Under the pieces are notes generated by a model that was given only the letters and a program-made list of their open reading frames with translations, did no database searches and was not told where the DNA came from. From Azolla caroliniana (Eukaryota > Plantae > Polypodiophyta), in the NCBI GenBank assembly GCA_043228905.1, contig JBHGNT010000011.1, positions 248,001 through 312,000 of the forward strand: a DNA stretch of 64,000 nt, written 5' to 3'. Positions within the stretch are counted from its first letter, which is position 1; the number at the start of each line of letters is the position of its first letter. Below, one piece after another: positions 10,874 to 23,584 of this stretch. The position numbers and the translations under genes were made by a program.

Positions 10874-13269
10874 AATGATGTCGCGAAGATTCGCGCGTGC
10901 GTGTGCTACTCGAGCGACCACCGGGGTCTTGGACTGGGGAGGACGTTCGCGGAATTATCGACGCTAGATGACGATCAATGTAAGATTAAATGAAAATGGT
11001 TTACTTGAGAAGAAGAAAAATTGTACACTTGAGAAGTAGAAAAATACGAAGAAGATAAAGACAAATATTATATTGATGATAATGGTGTTGGTGATATCAC
11101 ATATTGAGCCCCCATTACACAAGCCCAACTAGAGGCTTTTATAGGTCTTTCCATGCTCGTGACATGCACAAAACCATGGGCTAAAACCATGGTTTTGTGC
11201 ACACGGTTTTGCTTATGTCATGCACAAACCATGGGTTTAAAACCATGGTTTTGTGCACATGGTTTTCTATGGTTGTTTCGTCTATAATTTGTATATGAAA
11301 AGGAAATACATATAATCTATACTATATGATAGTTGTCCTAGTGGTAAGGCAATTATCTTGTATGTTAGAGGTGCAAGGATTGACCCCTCTGTATGAACTC
11401 AAGTGCCACTAGGCCTTAGGAGGCTTATTTGCTAAGTGTATGTGCACATCCTTGGTTTATTCATCTCACTCGGTTTCACACCGTAGCCGAAAATCGTCAC
11501 GACAACGTCGCCTCCGCTGAGACCGGAATCCTCGCCCTCGCCAATGCCGGCGCCCTTGCACGATTCCGCCGCTCCCTACCTCGCCGCCCAACCCTCCAGG
11601 TGTGTTCATATATATATATATATATATATATACACCTCTCTCTCTCTCTCTCTCCCGTTTTGTTCTAAACCAATTGTGTCATCGGCCAATTTTGGCCTTG
11701 TTCATATATCTTTCTTTCTCTCTCTGCCCCCATTTTCTTGCTTGATCTAGATCATGAGGATTTTGGATCATAAGGAGGATGGCCAGTTTGGCCCCCTTCA
11801 ATATTATTAAAGGATTGATTAGCACCTATTGAGTCATAAAATCTCTTCTTAATAAGTTGACGAATCTAATTGTGTGCAAATTGTTCTTGCGGAAAAAGTG
11901 ACACTACTCTTCCAATTGTGTTTAAAATCTTAAATTTTGTAGGCTGTAATAAAATGATCCTCCTTCTTCATATAACTCCATTTGGATCTTAATTGTTTAA
12001 TCCCCTTTATTTATTTATTTATTTATTTATATGATCATTTCACTACCTCTAATGTTTTAATTCAAAAGTTTGTTGTGTACCGTATTCATTGTATAGATTC
12101 CAGGGCCTCCACCCGCAATGGAATTGGACACATGTATTCATTATGAGAGGAAGTTGGGCTATTGGGCAGGCCTTTTGCCTATTTGCGACCGATCCGTGGT
12201 ACGACGAACGTTCTGGACATTGCACGGCCATCCCCGTGGTCTACCCACCCTTAAACCTGAAGCCCACCTAAATGAACACAATGCTTATACAAATATTCGA
12301 CCCGTACATTTCCGACAGTTCTTGGCTATCCAAACTTTGCGTTGGGCCATCATCTTCTTTTGGGCAACCCAGATCTTGAAGACCTTTTCACGTTACACAC
12401 TCGGATTAAATCTTCTTTTAAAGTATCCTCAAATATTCATGGTTGGGGCCTTTACACACCGAGGCCCCAGTGAAAAGCAAGTTGCAAAAGGGAGCTTCGA
12501 GATGTGGTTTGTGGGCAAAGGGCATCAAAAGGATGGAGAGATTGGTGATCTAAAAGGAACTGAAGTAGTGACCAAAGTGAAAGGTCCAGAACCTTGCTAC
12601 ATAACAAGCGCTATTGGTATTGTACAATGTGCAATGTTGTGCTTGCATTCTCGTGATGTCTTGCCGGTAGGCGGTGTCCTTACCACTGCATCTGCTTTTG
12701 GGGGCGCAAATATTCAAGGTTTGCTTGAAGAGCATGGTCTTTCCTTTGAACATATTAGTACTAGCATCAATGAGAAGAATGGACGGCAATATGAAAATGC
12801 TATCGTCACTTTGAAGCCATGGGTTGCATATTCGCTTCCCATTATTTTTCTCATTCTCATTCTCATTATATTTGTTTTTGTGCTCTTTATCAACTTTTTT
12901 TAAATGTGGGTGATCTACATACCACTTAAGACATAATCTTGTTTTCCCATTCTAAGGTAGTAATTCTATGGATGGTTGAAATTAGAAACATCATCCTTAT
13001 TATTATTATTATTATTATTTGTTTATAAAATATTTTCTTCAATAGTATTAAGAAAATAATGCCCGAAGACTACAACTTGAACTTAGCTACCTAGAAGGTT
13101 ACAACTTTTTATATAGAATGATGTAAAACAACTTTTACATCATCTTTTATTATTATTATATATTATTGGGGTGTTTTTACAACATGCATTTACAAGTTTT
13201 GTCGGTGGAAAGATTATATAATTTATTAATAAGAAATTGATATCATTCATGAAAAAAAGAAGCTAGTGC

Positions 13270-14181
13270 GAGAATTTATATTATTTTCTAAAGAGAGGAT
13301 GAACAAGGCTAAGGGAAGTGTAACCTTCATAGCTAGAGAGATTGATTGTAAAACAAACAAGTTTTCTTTACTAATTTATTGATTGTAAAAGATACAAGAT
13401 TTATTTACTAATTTATATTATTTTCTAAAGAGGGGATGAACAAGGCTAAGGGCGGTGTAACCTTGGTAGCCAAAAAGATTGATTGTAAAAGAAACTTGAG
13501 CGTGTAGCATGTAAAGGAAGGGTTTTGAACCTTCGTTGATTTACTCACCTACTTCATATGTGTGTTGGCTCATTCTTATTGGACCATGAGCTTCCTGCCT
13601 GATGGATAAAGCACTATGTATAAAGAATTGGTAGCTAGAAAAATTAATTGTAAAAGAAACTCGAGCGTGTAGCATGTAAAGGAAGGGTTTTGAATCTTCG
13701 TTGATTTACTCACCTACTTCATATGTGTGTTGGCTCATTCTTATTGGACCATGAGCTTCCCACTTGATGTATAAAGAACTATGTAAAGGAAGTGTTTTGA
13801 AACTTAGTTGATTTACTCGCCTATTTCATATGTGCACAAGCACATGTAGAGGAAGGGTTTTGAACCTTCGTTGATTTACTTACCTACTTCATATGTGTGT
13901 TGGTTCATTCTTATTGGACCATGACCTTCAAGCTTGATGGAAGATGAATTTAGCTATATCTGTATTCAGAACTATGTAAATGAAGAAATATTTTTCAACA
14001 TGGTATTAGGGCCATTACCATATGCTCTTGTTTCTCCACTTTATAAGCTAACATCCTTTCCCCTCAATGCGCATAGTCTAATTATTACCAGTCATTGACG
14101 ACCTATATTCTTTACATTTATTATATAAGAAAGATTTTTGTTAGAAGTCATATTCAAGATTTGTAGACATGAAGGTTGTTG
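13270..14181. repeat. Complex tandem subrepeats in an old LTR-like segment; 13607-14181 recurs as a direct repeat at 23808-24316
   Basis: Repeated GGAAGGGTTTTGAACCTTCGTTGATTTACTCACCTACTTCATATG blocks. Both copies contain a decayed LTR-end/PBS (TTCAACA-TGGTATT..GGCC). Confidence 0.8.
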
Positions 14182-15390
14182 TTGTTAACCGTTACTAGAG
14201 AAAACACCTTCGATGAGCCCACAAGCTATCGGTATCAAGGGGTTGTGTTATGTGAAGCCTTCTTCTACACCGAGAAGATGTTAGGGAAACGGGGAGCGTA
14301 CACGGGCTACAACCCGGTAGACGTAGACATAGCTAGGATTACGAGTACAGGGAGAATACATAGATGAAGGAATAGTAAGAGCGAGATTTATATTAAATGA
14401 GAAAGCTCATAGTGATTACAGTACATAGCTCTCGACCGGAAACAATTTTGTGCAAAGCTCAGTGCTACGATATTAATCTTGCTAAATAATCTAGGTATTG
14501 CCCCCTCCCGAGGTATGTAGATCTCGGTTTATGTAGTTTTCTTCTTTAGACAGAGCCGAGCCATCGGCTGATTGTGAGGCTCAAAACTCGACCATTTTTG
14601 TTCTACCTATTTCCTCACCTACTTTTCTACCTATCAGTGAGTTTACATATTTTGTATTTATATTTTTGGCCTATGGACAACACCTGGCACGCCCGTGGGA
14701 CAGGACTTTGTTCGTCGGACCCACGATTCACAAAGTGGAGGGATTACAACGGATTTGGGCAAAAAACAATTTTACAAAATTGCCCTTTTATACAAGGGGC
14801 TTACGGGTTTGTTTTAATCCTCTTCTAATATGCTGAGGATATCCTCGGGGGCGTGGGGTTGGTCTGGCTGCTCGGAAGTTGGGGTTGGTGATGGGGGTTT
14901 TGCTGCCGAGTCTGGGATGGTTGTGTCTTCGCGTGCCCCACCCTCAGTTGGTTCCGATTCAGGCAGGGTCATGGTCGTAGTTTGTGGCTCGGTTGTGATG
15001 TGGGTGTATGTAGGGGTAGATCCCTCCTGTTTGGCTTCTGTGGTGGTTGGCTCTGGTTTGTGGTCATTGGTCATGGGAGCTCTGTTAGTCACGGTAGCTA
15101 GGCGTTCCTCCTCGTAAGCTTCGGCTTCTAAATGGAACATCATTTGATCGTCGTTGAATTCCTCTAGAAGTTGCTCAATGGCCATGGTGTGGGATTCTAT
15201 TAAGGTATGATATTCCTTAGTCAAGTCTTCACGGAGAGTCTGGATGCTAGTGTCATCCATCTTGTAAAACCCTCGGCCCTCTTTCCTTCAGTTCTCGGCG
15301 TCGACACGTAATATGTGTAGTTCAGCGGCTTGGCCTAACCATTCTTGCCATACACGGTCGAGCGTTTCCTCGATCTTCTTGGTGAGTTGG
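14180..15390 (-). mobile_element. Unclassified retroelement fragment with a helical/acidic, Pro-Thr-rich ORF (frame 15389-14814, one internal stop)
   Basis: ORF 14814-15260 extends in frame up to the copia insertion site. The left part is LTR-like (starts TGTTG). No diagnostic domain. Confidence 0.45.
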
Positions 15391-18300
15391 TGTTGAGCGG
15401 CAAGCTCAACCGGAGCTGGATTAGTTGAATAAGCCTGAGCCGGTAAGCGAGAGGAGCCGGTATGCCGGATCCAATCCGTAACCGGAAGCCTAGTATAGGT
15501 TAAGCTATTAGGCAGTTATAGTCTCGTAGTTAGTGCCAGATGCTCGTGTGAGCATTGAAGTACACCGTACTTCTAACAGTCCCATGTGGACTTGTATAAA
15601 TAGCGTTGATGAGCGCGTTGTAGATATAGAGCATAGAGTATTCATATAATTTTGAAAATTAGTGTGTCTTGCTCTCTCTTTCTCTCTATGTCTCTCCCGC
15701 GTACTCTCTCTCTCTCTCTCTCTCTTTGTGTATTGTTCTTTCTAACGCTTCCGCAAGCAATCTTTCACATGGTATCAGAGCGTGTGGGTTGAGAACCTCT
15801 GCTGCAGACATCTACGCTTGTGAAGGAAACCCTAACAGATCGGAAAGCAGACACAAAAGGAGAAATGGATAGAGGTATGGCTACGTCGCTCCCGGTGGAG
15901 ACAGAACCAACTATGCATCTTGGTCATACAAGATGCACCAGTACTTGCTTGGGCATGGCTACTGGAGTTATGTCGATGGAGTGAACGACTCAACACCGAA
16001 GACAACACACAAGGACTTCCCAGTGTGGGAACAGGTGGTAAGCAGGGTGATGTACTGCTTCGCGTCAAGTGTCGGTGACCAGCTGCTCAGCCATATCCGT
16101 GACGCCAAGACACCGAAGGATGCTTGGGGAAACCTGAAAAAGGTTTTCACCGCAAGCACCACTACCCGGAAGCTGCAACTCAGACAGGAGTTGAGTGATG
16201 TTCGACAGAAGAACATGTCGGTGGCAGATTACACAGACCGGATCAAAGGGATCTGTGACTCGCTTGCCTCTATTACCGTCACCGTAGAGGAAGACGAGAT
16301 GGTGTAGGTCTGTCTTGGAGGCCTGGCGTCCAAGTTCGGACCTTTCCGGACTGTGGTTTGTACAAGGGAGAATACGCCCTCATTTTTTGACTTACAGTCG
16401 ATGCTCCTTGTAGAGGAGAACCATGTCGGTGCATCTACTAGTGCATCCCCAAACAGCCGGATGTTGTACACGGGAGCGGATCAGCCCCGCGGGCGTGGTG
16501 GACGAGGCAGGTCGGCACGCAATGGAGGCGGCCGGCAAGAGCAAGAACGAAGGCATAGTGAGCGTGCCGACAGCAGTTCCGGAACTGCCACAAGCAGAGG
16601 GAGTCAAGGCGGTGCCGGAGGCCGGCAAGACAAATCCGCTATGGAATGCTGGTACTGTGGCAAAAAGGGCCACAGGGAAAGCGAGTGTTGTAGAAAGCAT
16701 GCCGATTCAGACAAATCCGGATCCGGCAAGACCGGTAAGGAAGGCCGGGAAAGCTCGCACTACGCAAACGGATTGGGAGGATCCAAGAACGGTAAGGGGC
16801 CAACCTTGGTGATGAAGCACAAGGCAAACTCAATGAAGAAGACCACTTCCAAATCGGAGGAAGTGTGCTACGTTGACTCCGGCGCATCGAACCACATGAC
16901 GAGCCACGAGGAGTGGTTCTCCTTTTTGGAGAAGCCGGATCAACCGGGAATTGTCGAAACCGGAGATGACACTCCCCACCTGATCATGCACGTCGGAGAA
17001 GTCCCTTTGAGCCACGTCGGACAGAAGGGAAAGCTAATGAATGTATTACATGTTCCGACAATCACGAAGAACCTGGTGTCGGTCGGACAGATCGTTGACC
17101 AGGGGATGTAGGTGTGGTTTACGCACCTCGGGTGCTTCATTGAGGATGAAGGCGAAGTTATTGCGCAAGGGCGCAGATATGGGAGGATGTTTATCCTCAA
17201 CACCAATGATGTCGGCACCGCACTGTTCGCCAAAGAACAGAAGGTCGAGTCTGATATCGACTTGTGGCACAAGCGAATCAGCCACGTCAACTACAGGAGG
17301 CTTCAAGACCTGCAAACGGAACACGTCGTTTTTGGTTTGCCGAAGTTTAGCCCCGGAGAGCCCATATTTGTGAAGCCTGCCAACTCAGGAAGCAACACCG
17401 GCTTCCATTCCCCACTGAAAGAAATCGAAGCCTTAACAAGCTCGATCTTATCCATTCGGATGTGTGGGGACCGACACAAAATGTTAGCATTGGCGGGAGT
17501 CGATATTTCGTCTCCTTCATCGACGACTACATGCGACATACGTGGATCTACCTCATTGAGCGAAAGAGCGAAGTCTTCGAGTGTTTCCAGAGCCTCCAGA
17601 AGATGGTGGAACTAGAATCGGAGAGGAAGATCAAATGCCTACGGTCAGATGGCGGAAAAGAGTACTTTTCCGACCAATTCAATAGCTATCTGCAACAAAA
17701 AGGAATTCGGCGTGAATTCAGCTGTAGATACACACTGCAACAGAACGGTGTGGCCGAAAGGAAGAATCAGTCGTTGATTGACGCGGCTAGGGCAATGCTT
17801 GAGGAAAAGAGCATGCCCAAGTTCTACTAGGCGGAGGTGGTCCAAACGGCCGTTTACATCCAGAACCGGGCGCAAGCCGAATTTGAGACACCTCTGGATA
17901 TTCGGCAGCATAGCCTATGTACATGTGCCGGATGAGAAGCGGAGAAAGCTGGATGCAAAATCGGAAAAATGCATCCTAGTCGGCTATGCTCAAGAGCAAA
18001 AGGGGTATAAGTGTTATAACCCCCGGACGAAGCAGGTCTGAGTTAGTCGAGATGTCGAGTTTGATGAATTAGCATCGTGGTATTCCTTGCCAACTCCGAC
18101 TTCCGATCCCGACCCGATGTCGGAGGATGGGGCTAGTGAGCCTGAACCAACCCAGGTAGAGAAAGATGAAGTTGGGACTCAAGATGAGAGTCCGGAATCA
18201 TTCCGGTTAAGCGGACCGAATGAGAGATTGGATCAGTCCAACTAGTCGGATGATGAGACGTGAGTAGTGGAGACTCTGTCGTGCTCTTCCCGCGCAAGGA

Positions 18301-20763
18301 ACCGAGGAGACGATTCACACGCAAAGAGAAAGGGAAGCAGAAGATGCCGGAATTCGAGACCGGCAATGTTGAGTCGGATCGGTGCGTATCTGACTTCGGC
18401 AAGGACATAGGCAGATCTCCAGGAACGAAGACCGAACCGGCCAAGAAGGGTCTCATACTGGGTAACGGTGAGTTACGCCGGTCCACCCACCAGAAGGATC
18501 CCGTTAAACGGTACGGGTATAACGAGTACATGGCGCATCATTATGCGTACATGACCAAGGTCACGGAAGTGCGTGAGCCAGAGAGCTACGCAGAAGCAAC
18601 AAAGGACGCCAATTGGCGTGCCGCTATGGAGGAAGAAATGCGAGCATTGGATGCCAATGGAACTTGTGATCTGGTTGACCCTCCCCGTCACTGTAAACCA
18701 ATCAGATGCAAGTGGGTGTACAAGGTAAAGTACAATGTCGACGGTACAGTTAATTGGTACAAGGCTCGATTAGTGGCGAAGGGATATGTGCAGACCCACG
18801 GAATCGACTACGACGAGACCTTCGCTCCTATAGCGAAGATGATGACGGTTCGTGTGGTATTGGCGGTTGCTGCGGCAAGGGGGTGGCATCTTCATCAGAT
18901 GGATGTGAAGAATGCCTTTCTTCAAGGAGATCTTGAAGAAGAAGTCTTTATGACTCAGCCCCTTGGATTTCAGTCGGAGGTGAACAAGTCGGTGGTATGC
19001 CGGCTGAGGAAGTCGTTGTACGACTTGAAGCAAGCCCCCCGTGCTTGGAATGCTAAGATCACGCACCAGTTGCGAAAGATGGGGTTTGTTGCCTCTAAGT
19101 CGAACTCTTCCCTGTTCATCCGTCAAGGCTCAAACGGGTCGGTATGTATCTTACTCTATGTTGATGATTTAGTCATCACCAGCCTAGGTCTTCCGGAAAT
19201 CAACCGCGTCAAGTCCCAGTTGTCAGACGCATTCGATATGAAGGACTTGGGGGACCTTCATTATTTTTTGGGGATCGAGGTGATCCGCACCCCCGACGGC
19301 ATATTGCTTTCTCAACGCCATTATGTGTTGAATATGATGTACAAGTTCGGCATGACGAAATGCCGACCTGTCTCCACACCCTTGGACTGGAATTAGAAGA
19401 TCCGTCCCAACTCCGGACCAGCCTACGATGAGAAACGGTTCCGACAAATAGTCGGAAGCCTGATCTAATTGACCATCACCCGACCCGACATTAGCTATCC
19501 GGTCGGAGTGGTAAGCCAATTCATGCAGAAGCCGACCGTGGAGCACCTTCAGTGCGCGCAACGAATACTGAGGTATGTAAGCGGCACTATGGACCGAGGG
19601 ATCTTATACCGGCAAGGTATAACTGAAGAGCTTGTCGGCTACACGGATGTCGATTGGGCTGGCGATGCAATGGATCGTCACTCAACTTCCGGCTTTATGT
19701 TTTCTCTTGGGAGCGCGGCTGTTGCGTGGAGCAGCAAAAAGCAACCAATAGTGGCTCTATCCAACAATGAGGCTAAATACCGGGGCGCGACCATTGCCAC
19801 CTGCGAAGCCATTTGGCTTCGGTGACTACTGCAAGACCTGCGGATCGAGGTACCGACCCCAATCCTGATCTACTGCGATAACCTCAGCAACATGCAGCTC
19901 GCCAAGAACCCTGTGTTCCATGCTTGCACAAAGCACATAGAAGTGCATTATCACTTCGTGGGAGGATACCGATTCGGACAAGAGCTGGAACGAGTCGGAG
20001 ACAACCGATTCGGATCAACAGACGGATCCGGATGAGTCGGATCAATAAGAGGGCAAGGAGACACAAACGCAGCGGAAGTCGATGCCATCGCGGTGGAACT
20101 GACAGATCGGCAAGTGCCGGAGTCATAGCAGAGAAGGAGCTGACATGGGCCTATTGAGCAGACATGCCGAAGGTCGAGGCGCGCAGAACAAAAGGGTTCG
20201 CGCCAAATGGGACCGGACTGGACAAGGAGCGCGAGCAAGGCGAAGCAACGCTAGGAGAAGTCGATTGGAAGAACCGGTTGCCACAGAGGTTGACACTACG
20301 ACTCTACCTCAGGTTGAGCTTGAGGGGGAGTGTTGAGTGGCAAGCTCAACCAGAGCCGGATCGGCGGAATAAGCCTGAGCCGGTAAGCGAGAGGAATCGG
20401 TATGCCGGTGAGCAACCGAGCCGGTAATCAGTAAGGACCGGTAAGCGAGAGGAGCCGGTATGCTGGATCCAATCCGTAACCGGAAGCCTAGTATAGGTTA
20501 GACTACTAGGCAGTTATAGTCTCGTAGTTAGTGTCAGATGCTCGTGTGAGCATTGAAGTACATCGTACTTCTAACAGTCCCGTGTGGACTTGTATAAATA
20601 GCGTTGATGAGCGCGTTGTAGATACAGAGCACAGAGTATTCATATAATTTTGAAAATTTGTGTGTCTTGCTCTCTCTCTCTCTCTCTCTATGTCTCTCCC
20701 GCGTACTCTCTCTCTCTCTTTGTGTATTGTTCTTTCTAACGCTTCTGCAAGCAATCTTTCACA
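15391..20763 (+). mobile_element. Full-span degenerate Ty1/copia element; LTRs 15391-15769 and 20331-20763, TSD GTTGG, PBS-Met, PPT
   Basis: GTTGG at 15386-15390 and 20764-20768; TGGTATCAGAGC at 15770; GAGGGGGAG before the 3' LTR. Gag zinc knuckle CWYCGKKGHRESEC, YVDSGASNHMT, integrase, RT LYVDDL and RNase H are present, with many stops and frameshifts. Confidence 0.97.
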
Positions 20764-22359
20764 GTTGGATCTCCATGATGCGCTCACTTTGGATCTCCAT
20801 GATGCGCTCGCGGATCCGTGGTCCCACCACACGTTTGAAGCTAGAAATTTGTTTGAGATCATTGATATCCCTTTGTTGCATCTCGTTCCGATAGGTAGCA
20901 AGAAAATCCGTGATGTTCTTGCCACCAAATCGTCTAACTATCTCGACCGTGCGATCTATAGCTTTGTTGATTAAAGCTTCTTGATCTCTCACATTCAGCA
21001 TGTATTCCACTATGAACACCATGCCTTTCGTTGATTCCTCTCCTTGAGTTCCGCTTGTGGAAGCCATCGTTGCACTTGATATCCTCCCTACCGCCTCTTT
21101 CACATCGGGTTCACCACTTTATTATGTCGTGAAAATCTGTCACTATGTGCGGATTGTGAGACGGAACCGCCGGGGTCCTAGACTAGAAGGATTTAGTGCA
21201 ACACGTATGTCAACACAAGCAAGTTTTAAGCATAAGACAAGTGGAAGAGAAAAATCATTAGTTTATTGCAAAAGAAAATCGATTCTTTATAATTTCAGAA
21301 TCGTGTTACAATGGGTTGGGTATGGAAATGAGAGATTAAATTTTCAAAGAAAGGAGCCAACAACCATGCAAGGAGTGGTTCGATCTGAATACGAGAGATA
21401 ATTTTTGACTAGAAAGCCCCAGTAAACAAAGCTAGGAGTTTGATATCAATATGTGAGATAATTTGTTTCTCGAATCCGAGAGGGTAGAAGCAAAAAAGAA
21501 AAAAGAAAAACTAGGAGGGAAAAAATGGGACATATATCGAGCTCCTCGTTGATCCTCCTCCCCAATGTTACTTTGCATGCCCACTTTTAGTTGGATGGCC
21601 TCTATTTTTAGTTGCATGGCCTCTGCTTTTAGTTGCATGCTTCCATTTTTAGATGCATCCCTTTTACTTTTAATTGCATGGCCTTGGCTTTTGGTTGCAT
21701 GCAATTGTTCGTATAATTCGGCCAAATGACACAATCATCCATAAAGTTTAGCCCATGTGCAATCTGTACGTGCGTCGCACCCAAACCGTAGACGCGTTTG
21801 TGCACAAAAGTCCCGACCACGTAGTAGTGTACGCATCCACGCATGCGCGCGTCTCGACCGTGCTGTAGAGTACGCATCCACCCGCGCGTGCGTTCAATCC
21901 ACACCGTGTATGCATCCGCGCGCAAAAGTCTCGACCGTGCCGTAGTGTATGCATCCACGCATGCGTGCGTGGGGACACACGCGTCCGTCCGAAACATCCA
22001 CACGTACGCCCATGCACACTCACGTACACCCAAAGCGTGCACACCATATAGTGTAGCCCAAGTTACCTTGAACATTCTATGCTCCACACATTGATAGAAT
22101 AAATATGTTTTGGTTTCCCTTATATATTGTAGGTTCCAATGTTGTCCTATCTATGTGGGATATCTCACAGTTTTGTCTTTTCTTTTCTTTTCTTCAAACT
22201 TCACACTCACATAACTTGATACTTGTTTATCCGTTTTATGCGTAGTAAAATACGCTATGAAGCTCTTGAACACATCTATCTTTCCATATCCCTATATTAA
22301 GCTAATCGTAAATAATTATTTTACTAGTTTTCATATCTTGTGTGAAAAACCACACGACA
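20764..22359 (-). mobile_element. 5' remnant of a second, diverged tRNA-Trp-primed LTR element: 5' LTR ~21125-22359, PBS 21099-21116, gag start
   Basis: PBS TTCACATCGGGTTCACCA (17/18 to the first element). LTR ends TGTCGTGA..CACGACA resemble the 8022 element. Peptide RFGGKNITDFLATYRNEM..FKRVV aligns with YFNGAEVQSFLKVYNAEM..FCRVV. Confidence 0.8.
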
Positions 22360-23540
22360 ATGAGTAAAGTCATCAATAAATGTTAGGAAATATACATTTC
22401 CAGATAGGGATGGGGTAGACAAAGGACCACATATATCTGTGTGTACCAGTTGGAGGGGTTTAGTGGTTGTTTTAGGATGGGATGGAAATGGCGAGTTAGA
22501 GAGTTTTCCAAATATACACCCTTCGCATAGGGATAGTTTCGATTTACTAGGAAGAGTAAAGCCAATTGCTATATGTTGTCGGGCCATGTGAACCATTCTT
22601 TGATGGTTTAAGTGACCTAATCTATAGTGCCATAATAAGGTCATATATTTTGATGTGTTAGAATCATCTATGTGGTGTGCTTCTTCAGCACGTACCACAG
22701 AGCGGCCTAAAAGGTAAAGACATCCTTGTCTTGGATAATTAACGACATAGCCTCGTCTAGAGGGTGTCTTATGACGAATGATACAATATTTGTGATAAAA
22801 ATCGACAGATGTATTATCATTTGTGAGTTTATTGACAGATATCAAGTTTTTTGCAATGTTAGGTATATAGTAAACTTCATTGATTTCAATGAAGTTCCCA
22901 TCAGAAAGTTCAAGATGGGCAATACCATGTCCAAGGGTATATTCAACCCCATTGTTCCCAAATCTAGTTGGGAAAGGATGCTCTAAGACCTTATAGTCTT
23001 TGAGCCATTCAACTCTTGAGGTGAGGTGACATGTGGCACCTGTATCAAGAATCCACGTTGAAGTGGGAGAGTTGTTAAATGAAGTGAGGGCCATGAAGGC
23101 AATGAAATAATCTTCATTATCCTCATCGGAATTTTGGTCATTATGACATATGTCATTATTTTGATCATAGTCATCATGTGATGCATTATAAGATTGGTCT
23201 TCTTTATATGTTCTTTTCTCGTTGTTAGAATTACTATAACAATCTTTCGTTTCATGTCCACTCCTTTGACAATTTTTGCAAAAGGATCTAAGGAACCTAG
23301 ATTTGTTATGATTCCTTGAATCATTAAATTTAGAGGTCCGTGAATAAAATTTGGAGTTATTAGGTTGGTATGTTGATCTAGGTTTATTGTAAGGTTTTTT
23401 ATTGTAATTTGGATGTTTGATATAAAGTGTGTTGTGAGATGAGGAGGGTTGATTTATTGCCCTACGAAGTATGGTTTCTTGTGAGATTGATGCCACTAAT
23501 GTTGGGACACTAATGTTGGCTGGATTGAATAGAACTTGGC
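22360..23540 (-). mobile_element. Ty1/copia fragment (gag zinc knuckle, protease, integrase N-terminus), cut by the adjacent LTR
   Basis: CKNCQRSGHETKDC, WILDTGATCHLT, WHYRLGH..CEGC and VHTDICGP..FIDDFTH in ORF 22324-23496. Confidence 0.9.
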
Positions 23541-23584
23541 AAGCTAAGTCCTGAAAGGATCACACATCAAGTCGAAGTCTCCAA

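Larger units (their letters stand above)
8022..11504 (-). mobile_element. Complete, very recent non-autonomous LTR retroelement (3483 bp) with 626-bp LTRs (8022-8647, 10879-11504), 4-bp TSD ACGT, tRNA-Trp PBS, PPT and one Gag-like ORF, no pol
   Basis: No difference seen between the LTRs; TG..CA ends; ACGT at 8018-8021 and 11505-11508; purine tract GGTGGGGGTGGA on the minus strand beside the 3' LTR. Confidence 0.95.
7354..12903 (+). pseudogene. Saccharopine dehydrogenase-like oxidoreductase (SCCPDH family) interrupted in exon 1 by an LTR element. Exons: 7354-8021 + 11509-11599, then 12097-12903; 521 aa once the insertion is removed
   Basis: Rossmann motif ILGASGFTG, AVAGRN, NCVGP, YVDISGE and C-terminal KVKGPEPCY..GGVLT. 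Removing 8022-11508 restores the frame (SNH-VASAETG). A phase-0 GT..AG intron at 11600-12096 joins PTLQ to IPGPPP. Confidence 0.9.

Noticed and set aside
11429-11599. LTR-derived in-frame start rescuing the 3' half of the oxidoreductase
   Set aside because: The frame is open but begins at TTG with no ATG, and the product would lack the Rossmann domain.
13270-13990. Repeat-spacer-like pattern as a CRISPR array
   Set aside because: The units are long, irregular and overlapping, with no unique spacers. The context is eukaryotic and there are no cas genes.
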